Source: Octopus sinensis
Lineage: Eukaryota
Reading direction: 5' to 3'
Assembly (NCBI RefSeq): GCF_006345805.1
Contig: NC_043017.1
Location: 20,584,001 to 20,648,000, forward strand
Length of the DNA stretch: 64,000 nt
Shown: piece after piece, positions 52,531 through 64,000 of the stretch
How the letters are laid out: the number at the start of each line of letters is the position of its first letter
How positions within the stretch are numbered: the stretch's first letter is position 1
The notes under the pieces: model-generated
Told to the model about the DNA's origin: nothing
What the model saw: only the letters and a program-made list of their open reading frames with translations
Databases searched by the model: none
Made by a program: the position numbers and the translations under genes

Positions 52531-52701
52531 GGTGCAGGAGTAGCTGTATGATAAGAAGTTTGCTTCCCAACCACTTGGTTCTGGGTTCAGTCCCACTGCA
52601 TGGCATCTTGGGCAAGTGTCTTCTACTGTAGTCATGGACCAACCGAAGCCTTGTGAGTGGATTTGGTTGAGGGAAACTGAAAGAAGCCCGTTGTATATAT
52701 G

Positions 52702-52744
<43 letters not shown>

Positions 52745-52890
52745 ATGGGGGTGTGCCTTTGTGTCTGTGTTGGTATGCCTATGTTCCCATAACTTAGTAG
52801 TTCATCAAAAGAGACTGACAGAATAAGTACCAGGCTTGGAGAAAAACCTAAGTACTGGAGTCATTTAAATTGACTAAATATTCTTCAAGG
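52531..52890 (+). mobile_element. SINE family A
   Basis: ggtgcaggagtagctgtatg head and family A body. Confidence 0.75.
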
Positions 52891-53429
52891 TGATAGAAGG
52901 ATAGTCCTAGATAGACAGACAGATAGACTTATTGATTGATAGGTAGGCAGATAGTCATAGATAGCAAGATAAATAGAGAGATAGACAGATAAATAAATAG
53001 ATAGATTGATAGAAGGATGAATAGACAGATAGATAGATAGATAGACAGACAGGGAGACCAAGAGTTAGAAAGTTAGAGAGAAAGATAAACTGATTGATTG
53101 ATAGATAGATATACCGACAAATACCCTGATAGATGTATATGTCTGTATTTGTCAGAATTTGTGTGACTGCATCTACCTGGGGCGCGTGTGTCTGCATCTG
53201 TACGTCAATGTAGGAGCGTGAATTTGCCTTTGCGTATGCACGTCCGTAGAAGAATACAAATGTACCACTGCGCATCTGTGTGTATGCGTGACTGTATATG
53301 TGTATGCGTGAACGTGTGACATTCATCTGGGCCTGACCATGGGGCTGACTAATAAACAGACAACCAGAAACAGTAGCAGAAATAGGTTTTTGAATTGCTC
53401 AATTGATTGGAATGTAAGTCAAACCAACT

Positions 53430-54360
53430 GTAACATGGTGGTGGTGGTGGTGGTGGTGGTGGTAGGGGTACTGGCAGCTTCCATGGTGATGGTGATGGGG
53501 GGGGTTGTGATGTGCCATTGTTGTAGTGATGGGGGGGTGATGGTGAAGCTTAGTATAAATTGTATTGGTTGTGCGGTAGGGTAGTGGCAGTGTACTACCA
53601 TTGTATTGATGGTGATGATGGTGTAAGTGATCTTGTGATGCTGATGGTGTTGGTGGTGGTGTTGGAGTAGGTGTAAGTGGTATTGAAGATTAAGGTGTAT
53701 TAATGGTGTAGTGATAGTGGTGGTGGTGGTGATGGTTGGTGGTAGTAGTGGTGGTAGTAGTAATGATGATGGTAGTGGTGGTGATGGTAGATGGGTGGTG
53801 GATGATAGTGGTGGTGGTGATGGTGATGGTAGTGGTGGTGATGGTTGGTGGTAGTAGTGGTGGTAGTAGTAATGATGATGGTAGTGGTGGTGATGGTAGA
53901 TGGGTGGTGGATGATAGTGGTGGTGGTGATGGTAGTGGTGGTGATGGTTGGTGGTGGTAGTGGTGGTGGTAGTGGTGGTAGTGGTGGTGATGGTAGATGG
54001 GTGGTGGATGATAGTGGTGGTGGTGATGGTAGTGGTGGTGATGGTTGGTGGTGGTAGTGGTGGTGGTAGTGGTGGCAGTAGTAATGATGATGGTAGTGGT
54101 GGTGATGGTAGATGGGTGGTGGATGATAGTGGTGATAGTGCTGGTGGCGCTAGTGGTGGTGGATGGTGGTGATGTTGGTGGTGACAATGGTAGTGATGGT
54201 GGCGGATGGGTGGTGGACGGTAGTGGTGGTGCTGAATGGTGATTGGTGGTGGTGACAGTGACGGTGATGGTATAGATGGTGGCATTGGTCACGGTGATGG
54301 TTGAGGTGATGATGGTTACAGCAGCATTAGTAACTGCAGTGTTGTTGTTGTTGTTGTTGT
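53430..54360. repeat. (GGT/GAT/AGT)n tract with about 100-bp higher-order repeat
   Basis: ggtgatggtagatgggtggtggatgatagtggt recurs at about 53780, 53890, 53990 and 54100. Confidence 0.9.
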
Positions 54361-54819
54361 TGTCAGCGGTGACAGTGAAGGTACAGGTAACGATGATGAG
54401 GTAAGACTGAAGAGGAAGAGACTCATTGATGTTAATACAGGAAACAAATAATTGCATTTCTGGTATTGAACAGCTTTGATGGTGATTACAATGTTTATTG
54501 TTTGTAGGACAACAAAAGCGGGGAGGCACAGTGAATGACGAAGAATAAATAAAACTGATTATTGTAAATCCAACCATGATGATGATGATGATGATGATAA
54601 CAATAATAATAATAAAAATAATAATAATGATGATAATAATAATAATGATTTCAAAATTTGCAGGAGGGACCCCAATGTTCAGCTGGTAGTTATTTTATTG
54701 ACCCTGAATGGATGAAAGGTAAAGTCAACCTCGGCGGAATTTGAACTCAGAATGTGAAGACGGAGAAAATATTGCTAAGCATTTTGCTTGGAATGCTAAC
54801 AATTCTGCCAGTTCACCAC

Positions 54820-54863
<44 letters not shown>

Positions 54864-54869
54864 TAATAA

Positions 54870-55150
54870 TAATTATTTCTTTTATTGGCCACAAGGGCTG
54901 ACAAAAATCAATTATTACATAAAGGGACAAAACAGGACGAAAGGTTACAAAGGGTTTTGTCCGTTTGTAAAAAAATCCGAGTAAAAAAGCAGTTTAACAA
55001 CGAAAATATAACAACGAAAAACTCCCAATAGGGGGAGGCGTTACAAAAGGTTCCTGGTGGAAAAAACCCATAAAAGCCAATGGGAGCCTGGTCAAAAGGG
55101 GGTGTAGAGAGCCCCTTTCTCCTTTTATATTACCTTTTTAAATCACAGGT
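54870..55150 (-). mobile_element. L1/Tx1-type LINE 3' UTR fragment with (ATT)n tail
   Basis: Minus strand ends gtaacctttcgtcctgttttgtccctttatgt..gtcagcccttgtggccaataaaagaa; the same tail occurs at about 22212-22290 (+) and resembles 2746-2788. Confidence 0.55.
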
Positions 55151-55397
55151 GTAACCTCAGAATAATAATAAATAATCCTTTCTATTGTAGGCACAAGACC
55201 TGAAATTTTGGGAGAGGGTACTAGTTGATTACATTGACCCCCCCCCCAAGTGTTTGACTGGTACTCAATTTATTGACCCTGAAAGGATGAAAGGCAAAGT
55301 CAACCGTGGCAGAATTTTGAACCCAGAACATAGTGACAGATGAAATGCCGATAAGCAGTTTGCCTGTCATGCTAACAGTTCTGCTAATATGCTGCCT

Positions 55398-55456
<59 letters not shown>

Positions 55457-57019
55457 GATGATATGATGATGATAATGATGATGATGATGAGGAGGAGGAG
55501 GAAGAGGAGGAGGATAGCACTCAGAGAGTACAAACTTCTACCAAGGCAACACAAAGGTCCTCTCAACGATTAGCCAGAAGTGTTTTTTAAATAAACTCGA
55601 CTGCTCTCACAAACGAGAATACTGAAAATGAACCTGACCACTCTCAAAAATTCTTCTTCTACTACTACTACTACTACAACAACAACAATAACAACACCAA
55701 GAATAACAGCAGCAACAACAACAATAGTTACATCGCTGATAGGAAGAACATTGATGATAGTCACCACATCACAATCAATCCCTTACCAATTAATGCTGAT
55801 TAGATAATGACCATCCCTCCCCCTCAACTGTTGTCCCTTCCACACCTCCACCCCATCACTACCATCCCCACCATCCCTCACCTCACCCCCCACCTTCAAA
55901 CAATAAAACTGAGAAAGGTTTGTTATTACTGCTCCCGTATAGCTAAACTGGTGTGTGTGTGTGTGTGAGCGCACATGCATGTGTGTGTGTATGTATGAGT
56001 GTGTGCATTCGGTGTGTGCATATCTATGTGGGCCTCCATGTATGTGTGTATGCATGTGCATATGTGTGTTTGCTGAATATGTGTGTGTGTGTGTGTGTGC
56101 ATGAATGTATCATAGTGTGCATGTATATGTATGTAAGCATGTGTGTGTTCGTGGTGCTTATGTCTATTTTTGTGTGTGTCTGTATATGCATGCATGTATG
56201 TGTTTGTGTGTGTATGTTTGTATTCTGTGCATGTGTGTGTGTGTGCATATAAGTATGCATGTACATCTGAAATCCTTTCTCTATAAGCACCTGTGTGTGT
56301 GCGTCAGTGTGTGTATATGTTCTTGCATGAGTATGCATATTTCTGCTCATACATGCACGAATGTGCATGCATTCGTGCATGTCTGTATGTATACACATGC
56401 ATTTGTTCGTGTGTTTGTACATGCATGCATGTCAGTGCTTATATATGCACAAGAGTGCATGCAAACATGCACAACAGTACACGTGCTTGTGTATATGTAT
56501 GTGTGCATGCATGTGCATGCGTGTGCATGTGTGCTCGAGTGCACATGCAGGCAGATGCAAGGAAGCACACCAGGCCATAAAAATCTCAGCTGCATCTATC
56601 GCAGCGCAGGCATTGTGTTGAGATTTAAATAACGGCTGTAATGAGGCAGGAACCGTAAATGGAACCGGCATGCTGTGAGAAATAACATCATGACTAGCAG
56701 ATATGGAAGCGGAATCAAATGGTAACAATTTACAATTGATTAAGCGAGAATCGGATCTTTTCTCGTTGACTTCTTCTCTGCTCCACCACACACACCTCCA
56801 CCTCAAATGTGAGTTCTGATCTCACCAATTAATGTAATTATTTCAAGCCAATTCCTCTTATTGTCACCTCATCCTTGCACCCCCCACCCCTGCCACTGCC
56901 ACCGCTGCTGCAGCTGCTGCTGCTGTTACTCTTTGCACTGTATTCTTACGATGCTCGGAACCACAGACTTGACTCTATGCGGTGGGAGGCTGGTTATCAA
57001 ATCCATTATTTTCCCATCT

Positions 57020-57424
57020 GAACGTGGCCGTTGCCAGCTCTGCCCCGACTGGCCTCGTGCCGGTGGCATGTAAAAAACACCATCCAATCGTGGCTGTTTG
57101 CCAGCCTCGCCTGGCCCCCATGTCGGTGGCACGTAAAAAGCACCATCCGATCGTGGCCGTTTGTCAGCCTCGCCTGGTCTCCGTGCCTGTGGCACGTAAA
57201 AAGCACCATCCGATCGTGGCCGTTGCCAGCCTCGCCTGGCCCCCATGTCGGTGGCACGTAAAAAGCACCATCCGATCGTGGCCATTGCCAGCCCCCGTGT
57301 CGGTGACACGTAAAAAGCACCGTTTGCCAGCCTCGTCTAGCACCTGTGCCGGTGGCACGTAAAAAGCACCCACTACACTCACAGAGTGGTTGGTGTTTGG
57401 AAGGGCATCCAGCCGTAGAAACAT
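57020..57424 (+). mobile_element. Family B element with an internal about 60-bp tandem repeat (5-6 units)
   Basis: Unit gccagcctcgcctggccccatgtcggtggcacgtaaaaagcaccatccgatcgtggccgtt, followed by agtggttggtgtttggaagggcatccagccgtagaaac. Confidence 0.75.
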
Positions 57425-57679
57425 GGACACTAAAAGACGATGTTTGCCTTCCCAGACCGCACAAAATACACATACTGCTTACATTCTGCCTACGTTCTGC
57501 CCCTTTAAAAGTGCCGCCCAGGGCAGGCCACCCGTACTGCCCTTATATATATAAGATAATGTCAATGCCAACAGTACTTGAACTCTGAACCTCAGGGCAT
57601 CTTCATAATGTTTTACTGATGCCGATAACATATTTCAATTGATAACTGATACCAATTTCAAATTTCAGGCACAAGGCCA

Positions 57680-58075
57680 CTGGCTACCCGCATGGTTCTT
57701 GGTCTCAAGCATTTGTCATATGAAGAAAGGCTGAAGATGCACACAACATCATAAGCGGAAAGTGAAACCTCTCAAAAGAGCTGTTCTTCACTCCTGCTCC
57801 AGAGCGCCGGCTGCGGGGTCACTCCGAAAAGCTCTATCTGCGACGATTTCATCTCAATCGAAGGAGAGGGGCTTTCTCCGTCCAGGTTGCGGATCCATGG
57901 AATAAGCTGCCGGATGAGATAGTGAAGGTGCTGACGACCGCTCGGTTCAAAGTCTCTCTTGACCACAAATGGCCTGAACTCTTTGCATGAACACCACCCT
58001 GTACATAACTCCATGTCCCCCTACATGGCCTTGCTTTTTACTTTTTGAGCCAAAAAATTAACTGAACTTAACTTA
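57680..58075 (+). mobile_element. CR1-clade LINE 3' end (internally deleted)
   Basis: LATRMVLGLKHLSYEERLK and RLRGHSEKLYLRRFHLNRRRGAFSVQVADPWNKLPDEIVK..RFKVSLD match CR1 ORF2 C-terminal motifs (LSYEERL, RGHxxKL, WNxLP, FKxxLD). Confidence 0.85.
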
Positions 58076-58639
58076 ATTTCAAGGTAGAAGTTAAGTTGAT
58101 CACACTGACCCCAGCTTTCCACTGGTACTTATCTTTTCAACCTTCCAAAGATAAAAGGCAAAGTCGACTTTGATGGAAGTTGAACTCAGAACACAAAGAA
58201 CCAATGAAATGCCACCAAACATTTCTTCCCAGTGTGGTAACGATTCCACCAACAACTCACCATCACCTTATTGCCAATTCATATTAAACTGTATTTTCTT
58301 ATGAAATATTTGACCGATGCCAGCTTTCCAGATGTAAACTGCACAACAACAACAACAGCAACAACGACAACAACAAATGGTTGTTTGTAATCCAATTTAC
58401 TAATTACATACAGAAACAAATGGTATGCATCATGTATGTGTTAAAATTTTTTAGAAATCTAAATTGAATCTGCATTGATATTGCACAAGTGCACTCACAT
58501 ATGCACATACAGAGGTTTAAATCCATAGCTTTGTATGAGAATGCATGTGTGTGCATATGCCAACAAGCATGCATATGTATGCATACAGCCTTAGATATCA
58601 CATGCATGGACACATACAGATAAATCTGCATAAACACAT

Positions 58640-58779
58640 ACACTCTAACACGCATACATACATACATACATACATACATACATACATAGAGACATACAGA
58701 CACAGATACATGCATGCATGCATAGATAGACAGACAGACAGACAGGCAGAAAGATAGATAGATAGATAGACAGATAGAC

Positions 58780-58826
<47 letters not shown>

Positions 58827-59021
58827 CAGACAGATAGATAGACAGACAGATAGATAAACAGACAGATAGATAGACAGACAGATAGATAGACTGAAAGATA
58901 GATAGACAAAAAGATAGATAGATAGATAGATAGATAGACAGACAGATAGATAGACAGACAGATAGATAAACAGACAGATAGATAGACAGACAGATAGATA
59001 GACTGAAAGATAGATAGACAA

Positions 59022-59082
<61 letters not shown>

Positions 59083-59133
59083 CAGACAGATAGATAGACA
59101 GGAAGAAAGATAGACAGAAAGATAGATAGACAA

Positions 59134-59195
<62 letters not shown>

Positions 59196-59960
59196 GGATA
59201 GATAGATAGATAGATAGATATATACATACATACATATCTGCACATACATATACATATGGAAGAACTCTGTTAATGTTGTTGAAATTCTAATGAAAGAGCC
59301 TTGGATCTAGGTTAGAAACCTGGTCTTTCTCTATTGGCAAGAAATCTTGAAATAAAACTGAATAATGACATACATACATACACATAGATACATACACACG
59401 TACATAAATACATACATACACACATGCATACATACATACACAGATACATATACACATACATAAATACATACATACACACATGCATACATACATACACAGA
59501 TACATATACACATACATAAATACATACATACACACATGCATACATACATACACAGATACATACACACATACATAAATACATACATACACACATGCATACA
59601 TACATACATACACACATACATAAATACATACATACATACACATATGCATATATACATACATACAAACGTTATATATATATACATACATACATGCATATAT
59701 ACATACAAACAGATATATATGTGCATACATACAAGCATACATATACACATAGATACATACACACACATGCATACATACACACACATACTCATACATATAT
59801 ACACACAAATACATACAACTATGCATACATACATACATACATACAACTATGCATACATACATGCATACATACATACATAAACACGTATGATTGCAAATAT
59901 ACACAAATGTATGTCTGTATAACACGAATGTATGTGTATAAGGCAATGACTTCCACCATT
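58640..59960. repeat. (GATA/GACA)n followed by (TACA)n-rich microsatellites with higher-order duplications
   Basis: Directly visible. Confidence 0.95.
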
Positions 59961-59969
59961 CTGCACACA

Positions 59970-60900
59970 CACACACACAGCCATACAGGAAAATGTCCAT
60001 TCATGCATACATGGCGGTATAAACACATGTATACATACGATCATATGAAGACACATGCATATGTGATTATATAAATATCTGTACGCAAAGCCATACAGGA
60101 TAATGCACATTCATACGTAGATGACAGTGTAATCATCAGCTGATGCCTGCATAGATACACACACATATAGCCATAAAAGGAAATGCACCTTCATGCACAC
60201 ATGGCCGTGTACACCCACAGTCATGCATACAAGCAAGTACACATGCACACAACCATACAAAAACTGCACACTCATATGTGAATGCATTAACACATGATTA
60301 TACCTAAAAGCAAATATGCACACATGCACACACACACTTAGGCATACAGGAAAATGCAGACGCATACGTACATATTCATATAAACACACATGTATGCTTG
60401 CAAGCACATGCACACACACACATACAGACACACACAGAAACATACACGCACTTAAGCAAACAGGAAAATGGAAACGCATACATACATGTTCATATAGACA
60501 CACATGTATGCTTGCAAGCACATGCACATGTAAACACACACACACACATACATACAGACACACATACACACACGCACTTAGGCATACAGAAAAATGGAAA
60601 CGCATACATACATGTTCATATGGACACACATGTATGCTTGCAAGCAAATGCACATGTACACGCACACACAGATACAGACACATATACACACACACTTAGG
60701 CATACAGGAAAGTGCAAATGCATACATACATGATCATATAAACACATGTATACTTACAAACAAACGCACACACACACACATGCACACACACGCACTCACA
60801 CATACGGACACACATACACACACTTAGGCACACATGAAAATTCAAACTCACACATACACAATCATATAACCACACATGCAAACTTGCAAACCAGTGCATA
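59970..60900. repeat. About 120-bp CA-rich minisatellite
   Basis: cttaggcatacaggaaaatg-like anchors at about 60337, 60451, 60577, 60695 and 60823, with decayed units near 59980, 60088 and 60170. Confidence 0.8.
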
Positions 60901-61662
60901 CTCACGCATATACTAACATACATGCATGTCCATCATAAAAATGATGATGATTATTATGTGCTCTGTTCATCTATTCTGCAGTGCTAAGTGTTGCAACAAC
61001 AACTAACGAAAGCTGCTAGCATAATTTATTCATCCATATTTTTCTGTATTTTTTTTATTAATTTTGTTTTTGGTTTGTTTGTACATATATTACCTAAGTG
61101 AAGAATTTGCCATTAATATTACATCAATCATCACAGCAATATTCTGACATTTATTTACTCGCAGAAAAAAGTTTTCCGAGGCGGAAGAGAAAACAAAAAG
61201 TCAAACATGTCTTCCTGTTTGTCTGTCATCAAAAGATATTTATAATTTCCAACCATGGCTTAACGGCTGAAACACCACATGAAAGAAGTCAACATTCTGT
61301 TGCATCCTGTGTTACCACCATATTAATTAAGATTGTTTTTTTTAAATTATGGCACAAGGCCAGAAATGTGAGGGGTGGGGGTAAGTTGAGTACATCGACC
61401 ACAGTAGTCAACTGGTACTTGATCTATTGACCCTGAAGTGGTCAAAGGCAAAGTTAACCATGGCAGTATTTGATCTCCGAATGTAAAGACAGATGCAATG
61501 ATGCTAAGCATTTTGCATGGTGTACAATTCTGCCAGCTTACCACCTTGATGATGATGATGATGATAATAATAATAGTAATGGTTTCAATAATATAATAAT
61601 AATAATAATAATAATAATCGTAATGGTTTCCATAATAATATTAATAATAATAATCATCATCA

Positions 61663-61860
61663 TCATCAACGTTTAGCGTCCGCCTTCCATGCTAGCATGG
61701 GTTGGACGGTTCAGCTGGGGTCTGGGAAGCCAGAAGGCTGCACCAGGCCCAGTCTGATCTGGTAATGTTTCTACGGTTGGATGCCCTTCCTAACGCCAAC
61801 CACTCCATGAGTGTAGTGGGTGCTTTTACGTGCCACTGGCACGGGGCCAGGCGAGGCTGA
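61663..61860 (-). mobile_element. SINE-like repeat, family B
   Basis: Same family as 6993-7232. Confidence 0.75.
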
Positions 61861-62184
61861 TAATAGTTTCAAATTTTGGCTCAAGGCTAGAAGTGTTAGG
61901 GAAGGAGGTAAGCCAATTACATTGATCCCAGTGCTCAACTGGTACTTATTTTATCGACCCTTAAAGGATGAAAGGCAAAGTTGACAGATGTTTTGATGCA
62001 ATTTTCTTGATGTATTCATATATTATGTCATAACATACAATCCACCAACTTCAGATAAAATTTTAAACAAGTATCAAACAGGTGAGATACATTGTTCATG
62101 ATGAATCCATCCAACATTGCTGGATAAATGCTATCATACATAATCATTTGTGCATCATTTGTGCATACATATATATAAGTATAT

Positions 62185-62221
<37 letters not shown>

Positions 62222-62223
<2 letters not shown>

Positions 62224-62385
62224 GACAGGCTTCTTTCAATTTCTGTCTGCCAAGTTCACTCACAAGGCTTTGGTCAGCCTGAGGCTATTGTAGATGTTTG
62301 CCTAAGGTGCCATGCAGTGGGACTGAACTTGGAACCATGCGGTTAGTAAGCAAGCTACTTAACACACAGCCACTCCTGTGCCTAC
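62222..62385 (-). mobile_element. SINE family A, 5' half
   Basis: Reverse complement of the family A head. Confidence 0.75.
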
Positions 62386-63361
62386 TATGTATGTATATAT
62401 ATATGTATATACACACACAAACACATGAAGACACTCTCCACACTTGTATATACAACTGTATATAAGCACACACTTTTACATTATATACATACATATATAT
62501 GTATATACATATATATACACACACTCACATTTTTATAGACACATTACTTAAAACTATACAGAGAAAAAGAAGTTCTACTTTATTTAGCATTAATTTAAAT
62601 TTTAAATATTTATGGAAGAAAAGAATAGTTTTTGCTTCTAAGAATTCTGTTTTCTTTCCTTCAAAATATCAATAAATAAATTAACGTTATAGAGAGCGTG
62701 TGTGTGGTGTTTTTTGTTGAAACATCAATAAATTAATTATATATATATGTGTGTTGGTGTAAGTGTGTGTATATCCATTCCTATCTATATGTATATGTGT
62801 GTGTGAGAGGGGTTATAGATTTATGTATATGCATGCATAAATGTATATCTAAGGTGATAGCTCACCATGATGTGTGTATATGCATAAAAAGATTATTTAA
62901 CTATATGTATATATATATGAGTGTGTGTGTGTGTGTGATACACACACACACATACACACATTCACACACACATGTATATGCATACACATAAATGTATATG
63001 CAAGAGAACAGCTCTCTCTTAGATATATAAGTATGTAATATTAAATGTGTATATTTATGCACATTTATACACACACACACACATATATATATGTATGTAT
63101 GTATGTATGTTTGTATATATGTACATATATAAACATGTAAATATATATATACTTTTATACATATACATACATGCATATATATATATATATATTCATATTT
63201 ATATATACAGACATATATGTGCTCTAACAATAACAATAATAATTTTATGTTAGCCATTGCATACATATCTATATCAATAGTTACATCTATATCTATCTGA
63301 CTTTATATATATATATGTGTGTGTGTATATATATATATCATCATTGTTTATTAATCACGTA

Positions 63362-63765
63362 TCTGTTATCATCATCATTGTTCGACCATGGCCGAGACAA
63401 TGGAATTCACCATGTTACGCCAGAATTCACGGTCCATCATAGCATTACGGAGGTCCTGTTGCTGGATGCCTGTATCCCTGGAGATTATATCATGGTAGGA
63501 GAGTGTGCGCCCTCTGGCATCGCGAGCAGATGGCTTCCAGAGGAGAAGAGTAGAAATTACCTCGTTTTCAGCTCTATAACAATGTCCAGCAAACTGGACT
63601 CTCCTACCTTTCACAAGAGATGATACAGGTGGTAGTTTCCCATATATTTGTACTCTGGTTGGACGACGCTTCTACGAGAGATTTTAAGCTCTCATAAGGA
63701 GGTGAGTGTAAGTTCCATCCAACCGCTCTCAAGCTTCTTTGATAAGGTATCTGTTATGTCTCTAG
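63362..63765 (-). mobile_element. RTE-clade LINE 3' end with (ATG)n tail
   Basis: RLDGTYTHLLMRA..IYGKLPPVSSLVKGRRVQFAGHCYRAENEVISTLLLWKP..GRTLSYHDIISRDTG..AMMDREFWR matches the RTE ORF C-terminus (RRLxFAGHC, DRxxWR). Confidence 0.85.
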
Positions 63766-64000
63766 TGCTTATATATATATATATATATATATATATAGAT
63801 AGTAGGCACAGGAGTGGCTGTGTGTTAAGTAGCTTACTAACTGCATGGTTTCAGGTTCAGTCCCACTGCATTGTACTTTATCTCATGTAAACAAAACAAC
63901 AAAATCAACCAAAAGAAAGATTTTTTTTGCATATGAACAAGATCATAACAATGTTGATTCATAACGTAAACAGAACAGATCAGGAAAAACTTCTCGCAGA

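Noticed and set aside
54367-54400. 34-nt micro-exon candidate ending GAG|GTAAGA
   Set aside because: The acceptor is supplied by a (TTG)n microsatellite and there are no partner exons.
53419-54577. Long Pro/Thr/His-rich minus-strand ORFs resembling extensin or mucin
   Set aside because: They coincide with the (GGT/GAT)n tract, and several overlapping frames on both strands are open, as expected for a simple repeat.
56600-57000. CpG-containing unique stretch with open frames on both strands and donor-like GTGAGT (+) and GTAAGA (-)
   Set aside because: No recognisable domain and no convincing acceptor. Joining the plus-strand frame to the acceptor at 61165 creates a stop.
57020-57370. CRISPR-like repeat array
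   Set aside because: The units are contiguous with no unique spacers, the context is eukaryotic and no cas genes are present.
61144-61270. Branch point plus acceptor (CTGAC..tttatttactcgcag) on the plus strand
   Set aside because: No matching donor or recognisable peptide downstream; such motifs occur by chance in AT-rich DNA.

Overview
AT-rich, extremely microsatellite-dense animal DNA. The SINE repertoire and repeat style resemble an Octopus (coleoid cephalopod) genome; this is inferred from recalled repeat families, not from a search. No host protein-coding gene could be identified. Nearly all ORFs in the track are translations of (TA)n, (TG)n, (GATA)n, (AAT)n or (GGT)n repeats, and the few with real protein motifs are 3' relics of non-LTR retrotransposons (L1/Tx1-like, CR1/L2-like, RTE, CRE-like, R4/Dong-like). 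The window is most likely a large intron or intergenic region. It contains at least four SINE families, TTAA-flanked MITE arrays, one 100-N gap and a few weak exon candidates. Main observations: (1) three unrelated short non-coding repeat families carry degenerate minimal hammerhead-ribozyme cores with palindromic helix III, two of them arranged as inverted pairs, suggesting Penelope-derived or retrozyme-like elements; (2) two SINE families share 3' tails with LINE relics in the same window, one with an L1/Tx1-type element and one with a CR1/L2-type element that keeps the terminal stem-loop despite different sequence; (3) several long hairpins, one with pre-miRNA-like geometry. All alignments and folds were done by eye, and most boundaries are approximate (within tens of bp).
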